Source of the DNA: the human T2T-CHM13v2.0 reference genome, Homo sapiens
Length of the DNA stretch: 64,000 nucleotides
Reading direction: 5' to 3' (one strand)
Assembly (NCBI RefSeq): GCF_009914755.1
Contig: NC_060928.1
Shown: positions 13,261-64,000 of the stretch, piece after piece
How positions within the stretch are numbered: the stretch's first letter is position 1
Layout: each line of letters opens with the position of its first letter
Notes under the pieces: generated by a model
Told to the model about the DNA's origin: nothing
Database searches by the model: none
What the model saw: the letters and a program-made list of their open reading frames with translations, nothing else
Program-made: the position numbers and the translations under genes

Positions 13261-16014
13261 CACATTTTTAAATCCACTCATCAGTCAATGGACACAAGTT
13301 GTTTCCATATCTTTGCTATTGTGAATACTGTTGCAGTGAACATGGGAGTGCAGCTATCTTTACAAAGTGGTGATTTTCATTTTTTGTTTTATACCCATAA
13401 GAGAGATTCCTGGGTCATATGGTAGTCTATTTTTAATTTCTTTAGGAAACTCCATACAGTTTTTCATAATGATTGCACCATTCTGCAGTCTTACCGATAG
13501 CGAACTAGGGTTCACTATTTTCTCCATACTCTCACCAGCATTTTTTGTCTCTTGTCTTTTTGATAACAGCTATTCTTACGGATGTGAGATGATATCTCAT
13601 AGTGGTTTCATTTGTATTTCTCTGATGATTAGTGATGTTGAGCAATTTTTAATATGCCTATTGGCTATTTTTGTTTTCTTTAGAGAAATTTCTGGTCAGG
13701 TCCTTTGTCCATTTTTAATAGGGTTATTCATGTATTTTCGGTATTGAGTTGTAAGAGTTCTTTATAAATTTGGGGTATTAACCCCTTATCAGATATGCAA
13801 TTTGCAAATATTTTTCCCAGTCTGTAGGCTGCCTTTTTATTTTGTTGATTGTTTCCTTTGATGTGAAGAAGCATTTAAATTTGATGTAATCCCACTTACA
13901 TATTTTGCTTTTGTAATCTGAACTATTAGTATGATATCCAGAAAATCACTGCCAAGGCCAATGTTGAAGAGATTTTCCCTTATGTTTTCTTCTAGGAGTT
14001 TTATGGCTTCAGGTCTTACATTTAGGTGTTTTATTCATTTTGAGCTGGTTTTTGTTGTGTATCTCACATGTATAGTGTGAGATAAGAGTTCTTTTTCATT
14101 CTTTTGCAGGTGGAAATACAGTTTTCCCAGCACCATTTATTGGAGACTATACTTTCCCCTTTGCGTCCACTTGGTGCCTTGGTCGAAATTTAGTTGACCA
14201 TGTATGTTTGCATTTATTTCTTTGCTCTCTATTCTCTTCCATTAGTCCATGTTTCTGTTTTTTACCAGTGTAATTCTGTTTATTATACCTTCGTAACATA
14301 ACTTTAAATCAGGAAGTATGATGCCCCCAACTTTATCTTTCTCAGTATTTCTTTAGCTCTTCAGTTTGTGCGTGTGTGTCTGTCTGTGTATGTGTGGTTC
14401 CATAGAAATTTTAGAATTTTTGTTTCTATTTCTGTAAAAAATGCCATTAAACTTTCGGTACAGATAGTGTTGAATCCATGTATTGCACTGTGTAGTATGG
14501 ACATTTAAAAAATATTAATCCCATCAATAAATAAGAGATATCATTCCATTTATTTGTGTCTTCAATTTCTTTGATCTGTATTTCATAGTTTTCCTTGTAC
14601 AAATCTTTTACCTTCTTGGTTAAATGTATTGTTTTTCTGGGTGCTATTATAAATGGGATTGTTTTCTTGATTCCTTTTTTAGTTAGGTGATTATCTGTCT
14701 ATAGAAATGTTACTTTTGTTTCCATGTTGATTTGGTATCCTGCAACTTTTCTGATTTACTCCAACAGTGTTTTTTAAGCATCTTTAAGGGTTTTCAACAT
14801 ATAGGATCATATCATCTGCAAATAGGGATAGTTTTACCTCTGATTTAGATGCCTTTTATTTCTTTTACTTATTTAATTGCTCTTGCTAATCTTTCAAGTA
14901 CAATGTTGAATAGAAGTGATTAGAGTGAGAATCCTCCCCTGATACCAGATCTTACTGGAAAAACTTTCAGTCGTTCCCCACTGATGTAATATTATCTGTG
15001 TGTGTTTTTTATAAATGACTTTTACTATTTTGAGAAACTTTACTTCTATACTTGAAAGTCTTTATTGGGAAAGATGCAGAACTTTGTTAACTTCTTTTCC
15101 TGCATCATTTGAAAGGAACATGTGGTTTTTAACATTCTCATAATTCACATGTCACATTGATTGTATATGATAAACCAGGCTTGCATGCCAGGGTTAAATC
15201 TCACTTGTCATGATGTATGTTCTTTTTGATGTGTTGTTTAGTTGTTTGCTAATATTTTATTAAAGATTAGTGTATCAATGTTCATTAGAAATATTGCCCT
15301 ATAGCTATCTTTTCTTACAGTGTCTTTGTCTGCCTTGGATATGAAAGTGATTCTGATGCCATGAAATGTTTGGAAGTATCTCCTCTATTTCTATTTTTTG
15401 ACCGAGTTTAAGAAGTATTGATAGATTCTTTTATGAACATTTGGTACAATTTGGCCATGAAACCTTCTGGTCCTGTGCTATTCTTGGTTGGAAGGTTTTT
15501 AATGACTTCTTCAACTGATTTGTTGGATTGGTTCAAGTTTTCTACTTCTTCCTGACTCAATCTTGGTAGGTTATATTTTTCCAGGAATTTATCTATTTTT
15601 TTCTAGATTATCCAATTTGTTGCATATATTTATAATAGGCCTTATAATACTTTACTTGTGAGGCATCTGGTGTAATGTCTCCATTTTCATGTTTGGTTTT
15701 ATTTATTTGGGTCTTTCCTCTTTTTGTCATAGTCTAGCTAGTATTTTGCTGATCTTATTTTTTCAAAGATTACTTTTTTGCTTTTTTCTGTGTTTTTGTT
15801 CTCTGTTTTACTGATTTGTATTATTTTCCTCCTTTTGCTAACTTTGGCTTTAGTTCTTTTTCTAGCTTTTTGAGACATAATGTGGTATGTGCACTAGAAA
15901 AGAAATGTATATTCTGCTGTTCTTGGATGGAAAGTTCTGTATGTCTGTTAGGTCCATTTGGTCAAACCCAGTATTTGCTTAATTTTCTGTTTAGTTGAGC
16001 TATTCAGTGTTTAA

Positions 16015-16393
<379 letters not shown>

Positions 16394-17014
16394 TAGGTGC
16401 TTTGTTATTGGGTGCATATATAATTCTTATGTCATCTTGATGAATTGGCCGCTTTATCATTAATGACCATCTTTGTTTTTGTAACAGCTTTTACCTTGAA
16501 GTTTCTTTTATCTAATGTATATTACGCCATCCCTGCTCTTTTTTGGTTACTATTTGTATGGATTTTCCCATTCTTATACTTCCAACTTTTGTGTGTTCTG
16601 GAAGCTGAAGTGGGTCTCTTTTAGGCAGCTCAGTTACATTGTTTTTTAATCCATTCAACCACTCTTTACTGGATAATTTAATTCATTTAAAATCAAGGTT
16701 ATTATTGATAGGTAAGGACCTATTTTGCCATTTTAAAATTGTTTTCTAGTTGTTTTGTAGATTCTTTGTTCATTTCGTCCTCTCTTGTTGTTTACCTTTG
16801 TGATATGGTAATTTTCTGTAGTGCTAATAAGCTTTGTCCTTTATCATTGTTTGTGTATCTGTTGTAATTTTTTGGTTTGTGGTTACCATGGGCTTACATA
16901 AAATGTTACAGTTGTAATACACTATTTTAAGCTGGTAACAACACAGATCATATAGAATTATTCTAGATTTTTACCCTCTTCCCAACAATTTATATTTTTG
17001 TTGCCATAACTTAC

Positions 17015-17311
17015 TTTTTTTTTTTTTTTTTGAGACGGACTCTTGCTTTGTCGCCCAGGCTGGAAGGCAATGGCACAATCTTGGTTCACTGCAACATCTG
17101 CCTCCCGGGTTCAGGCGATTCTCCTGCCTCAGCCTCTTGAGTACCTGGGATTACAGGCATGCGCCACCATGCCCCACTAATTTTTGTGTTTTTAGTAGAG
17201 GAGGGGTGTCACTATGTTGGCCAGGATGGTCTTGAATGCCTGACCTCAGGTGATCCACCCATCTTGGCCTCCCAAAGTGTTGGGATTACAGGCGTGAGCC
17301 ACTGCACCCAG
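17015..17311 (-). mobile_element. AluS
   Basis: Poly-T plus full Alu dimer. Confidence 0.9.
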
Positions 17312-17444
17312 TCTTACATTTTTTTACATTGTATATTCCTTAGCTTTTCAGAGCTATTATTTTTGACTGTCTTTCAAATCTCCAGTATGAAGGTTACAAA
17401 TGAAAATATTTAATAGTCAATAGTCTGTGTTTAAGACATAGTAG

Positions 17445-20400
17445 TATTTAAGATACATTTAATGTATTTATTAGTATTTAAGACAACAGTCAATAATCTA
17501 TATTTAAGACACAGAAGAAACTGAAAGTGTAAGATTTAGAAACAAGAGAATCCCCACCCCAAAAAATTAGAGATTAAATGATCTACATGATAGATAACAG
17601 AATACTATGCATGGATTGCTTATACTCTAAGGATTCCTATTCCTACTATAAGGAACTTGGGGACTAAACTTGAGCCAGTTCTTTCCTGTGTGCCTCAATT
17701 TTAATATGTGTTTCAAACTGCATTTGGAATGTTTCCTACCCAAATAACAAAATCTTAAACATGAAGCTAAAATTATCCATGTGTGTCACAGTCACCCTTA
17801 CGTTGGGTCAGGGAACTCTAGCTTGGTCAGTTAACTGCTGGCAACAGTTCCTTCTTCAATTCCATGCCCCTGAGGACTCTTAATGGTTAACATTATGACA
17901 AGACAGGATGTATGTGACCCTCAGAAAGACCACGACATTCTACAGCAGAATGTAGATATATCCAAGGGCAAGATGCCACACCTGTGATGGCAAAATACTC
18001 TGAAAAGTCAAACATTCAGGTGTTATAACTTGTATGAGATCCTGATTTAATGGACATCTGCTAAATTTCCTCTGTCCATGTCTTTTGGAGACTGTCCTTC
18101 CTGATGTAATCCTCACAGAGGTGACCATAACATGCGCCTCTCTTGCTTCCCAATGCTGGGAGACAAAGAACCCCATTTCCTTGGAAATACAGATTGGATT
18201 ACGGCTGGCTCCAAAACCAACATGGCTATTCAGTCCTTTTGGGGAACTGACATGGACACTGGGAGGAAAATAGTCTCTCTCCTGCCACTGAAACTACATG
18301 GACAATGGAAGCTTGGAGATAATGGCCATTTTCTGAAAAATTAGACCATGCTTGAAAAAAAGCCATTATGGAGGAAATCATTATGGAGGAAATCAAATCC
18401 AAAAATTACATGCTTGAATTTTCACTCCTTTGAACTATTACTCCAGCCAATAAAATCCCTGACCGGATTTCTAAACTCGGAATGACTGAATTTTCTGTTT
18501 TTCATCTGAACACATCATACTAATGTAGATTGTTAGAATCACAGCACAGTGGAGTACACGAAAGAAACCATGTCTTCTCACAGTGACAAAAGCTGTCATG
18601 TGTACGAATATTAAATAAAACATACTGATTTTTATATACTGACTCTTCTGTACAGAAAAAAATCTTGCATTTTTTATACAATGTTCCGGTAAGTTTATTT
18701 TAAAAATTAGGAAAGGAGAAAACAGTGATGATTATGTGAGCCAAGAGAATTGTTTAGAATAGTGCCAGATACTTGGTAAAAACTTAATGTTGGCTTTTTA
18801 AAATAGATCGACTCAATACTAAGCTCAACATACAAAGCATAACTTAACATCTAATTGGATGGCACTTTAGAAAAATCCTCTGCTTAAGCCTGAAGGAAAT
18901 GTTAATGTTTAAAAATCTCAGGCCAGGTGCAGTGGCTCACGCCTGTAATCCCAACACTTTAGGAGGCTGAGGCAGGTGAGGTCACTTGAGGTCGAGTTTG
19001 AGACCAGCCTGGCCAACATGTTGGAACCCCATCTCTACTAAAATTACAAAAATTAGCGGGGTGTGGTGGTGGGTGCCTGTAGTCCCAGCCATTCGGGAGG
19101 CTGAGGCAGGAGGTTGCAGTGAGCCAAGATCATGCCACTGCCCTCCACCTGGGCGACAGACTCCATCTCCAAAACATTTATTAATTTATATACTGTTTTT
19201 TCAAAAGTGATGAGGTGGTTTAGAAACACCAAATAAAAACATGGGTAAAATCTTGGCCCATCAATTACTACCTTTCTAATCTTGGGCAAGTTTACTAGCC
19301 TCTCTGAGCCCATTTAAATGAGTCTGTATATAAAAGCACAAAGTCTCTATTGCATACAAAGTGCTCAGTATTTATTCCTATTATTTCAGGAAAATACCTT
19401 TAATATTACCTACCAGTTTTGTATAATGGTTACAGAAATTCTTAAACTGTAGCTATCATCTTGTCTAGCTTACTGATGAATACACAAAATGCCAATGAAG
19501 TGACTTACCATGTATCACTAACCGGTTTAATTAAAGACAATGACAAAACTAGAACCCAGGTTTCCTTAAAAGTACTTTTTCCTCTCTACCACAATGCAGA
19601 TTTAAAACAAATCCTCAGGCTTTAGTTTTGTCATTGTAAATAAAACTTCTGTGAATGCAGGGAAAGATACTACATGCTGGTATGAATATGAATGCAGTAT
19701 AACTATAGTTTATTATATCCTTTAAGAGTAAAGTGCCTGTGTTGTTCTTTTCAGGCCAATATAGATTAAATGTAAAACTGTACTATGTGATCTGGTACAC
19801 AGTACAACTGTTGATACTATAAAAAAATCAAACATTCAAATATTCCTAATGTTTATAAAGGCCAAATTCCAAAGGCCAAAACTCCAGGTGTAACTCAAGA
19901 AAAAATTCAAAAAAATTATTTCATAAACTGTTTTCTTGAGCGGCTCTATTTCTATGTTATAGTTGGTTACCACTGGGAGAACTGGACAGTTAACTTAAAA
20001 TACAGAACTAATACAAGAGGGTTAAAAGTCCATTTATGAAGTAAAGTAGAAAGCATGTACAAAGTCGTTCACTTACAGAAGACTAAAACAACAAATAGAA
20101 AACCTAAATAAACGATTCTGTGATCAGAGTAGACTCAAAATGTTATCAGGTGTATAAATACTTAACCAAATTATTAACATAACTCTGTGTATCTTATGTT
20201 AGAAATAGAAGTAAGCTTTTAATGCAACAGGCCTAGGTCAATCATTTCTGCTAAAGCGTGCCTCAAAAAAAGCAAATGGGGTTCCTAAAATTCCTGAACA
20301 AAAAGCATGCTTTTATGTCCATTATTGCATAATAAAACAAACCTGCAATTGGATAAGAAAAAGATACAAAAGATAACCGTCAATCTTTACCAATTTATTT

Positions 20401-21153
20401 TATACAAAACAGTAGCAATGTAGAATATGGGAATCGTCTTCCGCTGCCACGCACGCAAGTTGTGAACATTCCAAGCCAATGTATACAATTTGGAGGGGAA
20501 GGCTAAACAATAGCATCAACCACGCTACTGAACATAGGAATTTTTCATTTAAAAAGATTAAAAATTAGATAGCAATGTCTTCTTAATATTGCTCTCGTCA
20601 TTGAAGACTGAGGAAAAATAAAAAGTGACTTTATAAGTTTTTTAAAAAAAGAGGCAATGGGGAAAAAAACAAGAGGCTGCTACAACACTGCCATACAGTC
20701 AAACCATCATACTTCAATATTTGCATACTCGATAGCAGCATTATTTTTACTGAACCGTGTGCAACTACATGTAGAAACACATCAAAGCAAAATATCATGG
20801 CAGTTATCAATCAAGATCCAAAAAGGAAAAAAACAAACAAAAAAATAACTCTAGGATGAACACACTATAAGAACATTTATGGAGAAAGAATCAGTATCTA
20901 CATTCTTGGACTGTTCCATTCTGCCCCAATAAAAGTGTCAATTCAACTGTCAGCTGTGGATTTTTGGCGGATTTGAGTTTTTCCAGTTCTTATGATACTG
21001 CATGCTTGGAACAAAGGGGGTCATAATAAATCCTTCTACACAATGAACTTCATAGGCAGACAGCTGAAAATAAATTTACTACTTGTAAACACACACAAAA
21101 AAAAAATACAAGATTTTTTGTATCTTTAAACAATCAGTGCTTCCAAAAGCCCA
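17445..21153 (-). other. YTHDC1: YTHDC1 3'UTR with tandem poly(A) signals
   Basis: Minus-strand AATAAA at 20394-20399 (followed by a U/GU-rich tract), 19371-19376, 18694-18699 and 17467-17472; distal end is inferred. Confidence 0.65.
18921..19175 (+). mobile_element. AluS with internal deletion
   Basis: ggccaggtgcagtggctcacgcctgtaatcc... Confidence 0.88.
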
Positions 21154-56821
<35,668 letters not shown>

Positions 56822-57434
56822 GGCTCCCCTTCGGTTTCCGCCGCTGCCACCGCCGCCGCCGCTTAGACGCGACTCGCGCGGGCGCCGCAGCCGCGGCAGA
56901 AGCACGGGCCCGTCCGTCAGTCCGTCTGCCCGGATACGCGCGTCGCACTTGGCCTCTTAACACTCAGCCTTCTCGACTCTTCCCGCTTTTTCCCTTTCTC
57001 CCTTCCTTTCACTCCAGCATCCAGCGGCCTAGGCCCAGCCTTCTCGTTAGGGCTCAGACTCGGGCTAGGTATGGGGGAGGGAAGGGAAACAGATGGCGAC
57101 GGCGGGCGGCGCTAAAATGGAGCCTGCTTCCTGCGCGAAACAATCCCGCTCCCGAAATGCCCTGCGCTGTTTACGCTTCGTTCCTCTCTGGGAACGTCAC
57201 AGTGCGGAGAGGGGCGGGGAGGCGGGGACGTGCAAAGGAACGTGACGTGACGTCAGCGCGTCGCCCTGCCGCCCTCAGCCCACTGGTACCTGGAAGGAGT
57301 CTTATTCAGGGATTAGGTTACCCAGGTTGTTCATGGAGTTCCCGCTGTACGGCCTATAACTGGATGGCGCAATTTTCCCACCTGAAACTCTTAGTGCAGG
57401 GCCTAACAGGCCTTCTTAGCTAGAGTCGCTCTAA

Positions 57435-57843
<409 letters not shown>

Positions 57844-58217
57844 TAGTTTTGTTTTTAATTGGGGAAAGAATTGTATCATAATAGGTCTTTGTAATTAATA
57901 ACTAATTTAAACATGTTATCAAGGCCCTGGGGCACAAAATTGATTTAAGCAGACCATCGAGGAATCGAAACTACAGAATAAATGACCAGTAGATACATAA
58001 CTACATAGTGTGGTAAAATCTGCAAGAGAAACTTGCTTAAGATTCATTGTCCAACGGAAACAATCTAATTTTGCTTCCTTGAACTATAACTGAGTTATAA
58101 GGGAAAGAAAAATCTGAAAAAGGTAACTAAGTAACTTCGTGATATGAAGACAAACTGGCAAACTAACTGCATATTCAGGGAAAGACAAGTAGTCTAGAAG
58201 TCTAGAATGTGGTACCT

Positions 58218-58522
58218 CTTTTTTTTTGAGACGTGGTCTCACTGTGACACAGGCTGGAGTGCAGTGGTGTGATCATGGCTCACTGCAACCTTGGGCTCAA
58301 GTGATCCTCCCACCTTAACCTCCCAGGTAGCTGGAACTACAGGCATGCTCCACCACATCCGACACATTTTTTGCATTTTTTGTGGAGATATACCATCTCC
58401 GCAAGATGGCTAACACCTAGCCATCTTGCCCAGGCTAGTGTCTAAATCCTGGGCTCCAGCAATCCTCCCACCTCGGCCTCCCAAAGTGCGGGATTACAGG
58501 TGTGAAGCCACCAGGAGTGGCC
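58218..58522 (-). mobile_element. AluJ
   Basis: Diverged Alu. Confidence 0.8.
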
Positions 58523-58712
58523 CCATTTCTAGGACCTTAATTGAACACTAATTTGAATATACGAACACGCACACGCCACAAACACACACACACACACACA
58601 TTAAATAATATCTGATGATCCTGAGGAATTGCTATTTGTATTTTTAGTTTTAATAAGTTTTGCTTTTTAAAGAATTTCTTATAATTTCATGATTCATATG
58701 AAAATATTTGCA

Positions 58713-58996
<284 letters not shown>

Positions 58997-59147
58997 TAAT
59001 AATAAGAATAGTAATAAATATTTGCAAATGAAATTATATGGTATCTGGGATTTATCAAACTGGTGGCAGGTGTAGCGAAATGGGTAGGAGAATAGATTAA
59101 ACAAGTCTACCCATGAGTTAACAATTGTTGAAGCTGGGCGATACATA

Positions 59148-59371
59148 TGTGAAAGGAAAATCTCCCCAAAATCACTAAGCCAAAGGAAGAAGTCAAGCTG
59201 GTGATTGATGTCTCATGTATCCCTAAAATGTATAAAATGAAGCTGTGCACGACCACCTTGGGCACATGTCATCAGGACAGCTTGAGGCTGTCATGGGCTC
59301 TTTCTTAACCTTGGCAAAATAAACTTTCTAAATTGATTGAGACCTGCCTCAGATACCTTTTGATTTCCACA
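59148..59371 (+). mobile_element. MER4-like ERV1 solo LTR (deleted)
   Basis: tgtgaaaggaaaa...cactaagccaaagg...aataaactttctaaattgattgagacc. Confidence 0.6.
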
Positions 59372-59593
59372 TACATTAGTTAATATTATACTCTCTTCTC
59401 TACTTTTTTGCATATTTGAGTTTCCTTTAATAATTTTTTGTAAAGAAGAGCATAAGAAAACAGCCAAGTAATTTAGAAGATATCAAAATGCCATTTTCCC
59501 TGATTCTACATTTGTCCTATTAGAACTAAGGAGTAATTTTTAATGTAAATAGAATTCCATATTTGCATCTTTGTTATTAAAATAAGTTTATGG

Positions 59594-59890
59594 GGCCAGC
59601 TGCAGTGGCACATGCCTGTAATTCCAGCCCTTTGGGAGGCCAAGGCAGGTGGATCACTTGGGCTCAGGAGTTTTAAGACCAGCTTGGGCAACCTGGCGAA
59701 ACCACATCTCTGCAGAAAATAAAATAAAAAATAGCTGGTCATGGTGGTGCACACCTGTAGTCCCAACTTCTCTGGGGGCCAAAGTGGGAGGATTGCTTGA
59801 GCCGGCGAGGTCAAGGCTGCAGTGAGACATGATTACGCCTCTGCACTCCAGCCTGGGCAACAGAGCTGGACCCTGTCTCAAAAAATAAAA
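59594..59890 (+). mobile_element. AluJ
   Basis: Diverged dimer. Confidence 0.85.
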
Positions 59891-60776
59891 TGAAGTAAGT
59901 TTATGTTAAACTAAGAGCACAGCTGTAAAAAAATGCGGTTTTTAATTCAGTCATGTTAGTAAATAGGAAAAGTTGTTGAGGTTATAAAGGATGAACTCTA
60001 GGTATGTTGAACATTGGTCTGAAGCTATTGTGTAGTGATTAAGAGAGTAAGCTTTGCAGTCATAATGACGTGGGTACAAATTCCAGCTCTGTCTCTCAAT
60101 AGCATGAGACCTTAGAGAAATTAACTTCTAATCTTTAGTATCTTAATAAATGGGAATTTAGAAATAATTTCCAAAGGATTGCTATAATGTTTCAAATGAT
60201 TTTTTTAAAGGCAGTTAAGTGATCAATAAGCTGGAGCTATTGTTATTTTTATTGTTTCTGTAGTTCAGGAAAGATGGATTGTTCTAACAATTATTGTTGG
60301 TGAACTTAACCAGAAAATGTAGTATTGAGTGACTCAGATTTTTGGCCTAGCTATGGGTGGAAATAACTTTCTGGGTAAAGATGCTGAACTAAAAACTTAC
60401 AGCCAAAAATCCTCTTCAGACCTCAGGGATCATCACAATATAATTGTAAAAATATAACAATGAACATGGAAGTACAGATATCTCTTTTGAGAGCCTGATT
60501 TCAATTGTTTTGGATATATACACAGAAATAGAATTGCTGGATCATATGGTAGTTCTATATTTGAGGAACTTCCATACTCTTTTTTTTTTTTATATAGTCG
60601 CTGCACCGTTTTACATTCCTGCTATGGTGTATAAGTATTCCAATTTCTCCGTATCCTTGCCAAAACCTGGTATCTTTTGAAACAACTTATACGTCTGTTG
60701 AAAGATGAATGGGTTAAAAAACATATGGTTTATACATTCAATTGAATACTATTCAGTCTTAAAAAAGAAGAAAATC

Positions 60777-61086
60777 GGCCAGTCACAGTGGCTTATGCCT
60801 GTAATCTCGGCACTTTGGGAGGCCAAGGCAAGCCGATCACTAGACGCCAGGAGTTGGAGATCAGCTTGGCATACATGGCGAAACCCCATCACTACTAAAA
60901 ATACAAAAGTTAGCCTGGCATGGTAGCTCGCACCTGTAATCCCAGCTACTCAGGAGGCTGACAGGACAATCGGTTGAGCCTGGGAGGCAGAGGTTGTAGT
61001 GACCCGAGATCGCACCACTGCACTCCAGCCTAGGCCGCAGAGGAGAGACTGTGTCTCAAATAAAAATAAAAATAAAAATAAAAAAA
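60777..61086 (+). mobile_element. AluS inside L1M 3' fragments (~60430-61430)
   Basis: Full dimer flanked by L1 3' sequence. Confidence 0.85.
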
Positions 61087-61559
61087 GGAAATCTTGCTGT
61101 ATGTAACAACATGAATGACCCTGGAGGATGTTCTGCTAAGTGAAATAAATCAGTCGGAGAAGGACAAATACTGTACTGCATGATTCCACTTCTATGAAGT
61201 ATCTAAAATATTCACATTCACGGAAACAGTAAGATGGTTGTTGCCAGGGACTAGGGGGAAAGGGAAATGGGGAGTTGCTGTTCAACAGGTATAAAGTTTT
61301 ATTTCTGCAAGACAAATAAGTTATAGAGAGCTGCTGTACAATGTTGTGCCTGCTGTTAATGATACTGTATTCTGCACTTAACATTTTGTTGAGGGTAGAT
61401 TTCATGTTCAAGGTTCTTACTGCAATAAAATTTTTTTTAAAAAACCTCAATAATTACCAAAAAATTATTTCAATATGTAGTAAAAAGAAATATAATGCTT
61501 CTGAAGGCAGTTCCTTTTGTACTGATGATAACGAATTGTGAATTGAGATGAGTGGAATT

Positions 61560-63240
61560 TAGCAATAAAAAGTGTCAAGAGCATTGGGCAATATTGATGT
61601 CAATTCTACCTAATTTCATCTATAGATTTGGAACAATCCCAATCAAAACCTCAGTGCTTTTTAACAGAAATTCACAATATTGAGTTTCTTGTTAATTGAA
61701 ATTTACAAGGAAAGGTAATGGATATAGGATATCGAAAACAATTTTGGAAAACAACAACAATTTTGGAGGACTAGCATTACCTGATTTCAGGGCTTACTAC
61801 AAACTTATGGTATCAAGATAGTGTGGTATTTATGTAAAGTAAGACAAATACATCAATAGATCAGAACACAGTGTCCAAAAGTAGAGTCACAGATATTATG
61901 GTCAATTGAATTTGACAAAGGTACCAACATAATTGAAATGTGTAGAAGGATAGCCTTTTCGACAAATAGTGTTGAGGCAATTAGATATACATATGGAAAT
62001 AAATGACCGTGACCCCTACCTTACATAATACACAAAAATTAATTCAAAATGGATGATAGGTCTAAATATAAAAGTTGTTTTAAAACTTCTAGAAGAAAAC
62101 ATGGGAGAAAATTTTTACCACCTTGGAGTAGGAAAAGATTTCTCATATAAAATAATCACAAGTCCTAACATTTTTAAAAATTAATACAATTGCAGCTCAA
62201 AAAATTAAAATGTTATGGTCTTTAAAAGATGCTAAATGAATAAGTAAGTGAATAAGGCACATTACAGACTAGGAGAAAATAGTTACAAAACATTTGTCCA
62301 ACAAAAGACTCGTAGGATATATACAGAGAGAGGACTTGCTACTCAGTAAAAAGACAAATATCCCAATTTGAAAAAATAGACAAAAGACTTCATCATAGAA
62401 GATGTGTTGAACAGGCAATTATCACATCATTGTCATCATGAAATATCACTTCAATCCCACTGGAATGGCTAAAATTAATAAGATTGGAAATAGCAAGTGT
62501 CGCACAGGCATGGTGGCTCACACCTGTAATCCTAGCACTTTGGGAGGCTGAGGCGGGAAGATTGTTTGGGCTTGGAGTTTGAGACCAGCCTGGGCAACAT
62601 AGTGAGACATCTCTACAAAAAATTTTAAAAATTAGCAGGGCATGGTAGCACATGCCTGTAGTCCCAGCTATTTGGGAGGCTGAAGTGGGAAGAACTCTTG
62701 AGCCTGGGGAGGAGAGGGCTGCAGTGAGCCCTGATTACACCACTGCACTCCATCCTGGGTGACAGAGTAAGACCCTGTGTCAATAAATAAATAAATACAT
62801 AATAAAAAATGAAAATAGCAAATGTTGGCAAGGATCTGAAGCAATTAGAGCATTTATACTTTGCTAGTAGGAATATAAAATAGTACAACCACTTTGGAAA
62901 ACAGTAGTAATTATTTATTATGAATCTAAACAAGTACTTATCATAGGACCCAATATTTCCCCTCCTAACAAAAACAAATTGTGTCATATTTATCAGTCAA
63001 AATACTGCTCAGCAATAAAACAAAAACTACACATGACAACATGGATGAATCTCACATATATGCTGAGTGAAAGATGCTGGACACAATATGGTTGAGATGA
63101 CACTAGTCATTAAGAAATAAATCACATTTGTGGTTCCCAGGTGCAAGAATGTTGGGGAAGTTTAATGGCAAAGGAGCATGAGAAACCTTCTAGGGAGATG
63201 GAAATGCTCTATATCTTGATTGTTGTGGTGGTTACGTGGA
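61560..63240 (+). mobile_element. Old L1M fragment with nested AluJ (~62500-62800)
   Basis: aatcccaatcaaaacc, ttacctgatttcagggcttactacaaa, caaccactttggaaaacagt. Confidence 0.75.
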
Positions 63241-63524
63241 TGAATACAAAGACTCTCTCCTTGACCAAACTTAGTCAGGCTCCTCTGATACCTTTTGTCA
63301 ACTAGACCTTGACCTTAGGCTTCCATGTCTTTATTTGTTCAGTTTTAGCTAGACTCCTGCTAAGTCACTTTAGTAAGAGTCCCTTGCTTTTGGTATCTGG
63401 TCACCTTCAAAATCTGATCAAATTCATTATTCTCTACCTTCCCCCAGATGATATCTGATCACCCTAACCTGCCTTTAGAAAGAATACTATCAAATCAGTT
63501 TAGCAAGAATCTCCTCTTACCCCT

Positions 63525-64000
<476 letters not shown>

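Noticed and set aside
17800-18480. Moderately GC-rich stretch with 60-78 aa ORFs
   Set aside because: No recognisable protein; probably an old LTR remnant within the distal 3'UTR, which I cannot classify.

Overview
Primate (human-like) genomic DNA, consistent with 4q13.2. The window holds the complete minus-strand gene YTHDC1, the nuclear m6A reader. I traced 17 coding exons with GT-AG boundaries that join into a 2184-nt CDS (727 aa), from ATG 56821 to stop 21154, with a CpG-island promoter at about 56.6-57.35 kb and a long 3'UTR carrying several poly(A) signals. The left 12 kb holds two decayed UGT2B-type exon-1 copies (one followed by exon 2) and an APOO processed pseudogene with target-site duplications. 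The rest is Alu, L1, LTR and DNA-transposon debris; subfamily calls and repeat boundaries are by eye. The most notable signal is in YTHDC1 intron 11: a strand-specific cluster of GGACU m6A motifs sits among cryptic splice sites, and every alternative route I traced creates a premature stop, which looks like an m6A-sensing autoregulatory cassette. Intron 4 also has a near-perfect 57-bp fold-back hairpin and an in-frame 93-nt cryptic exon.
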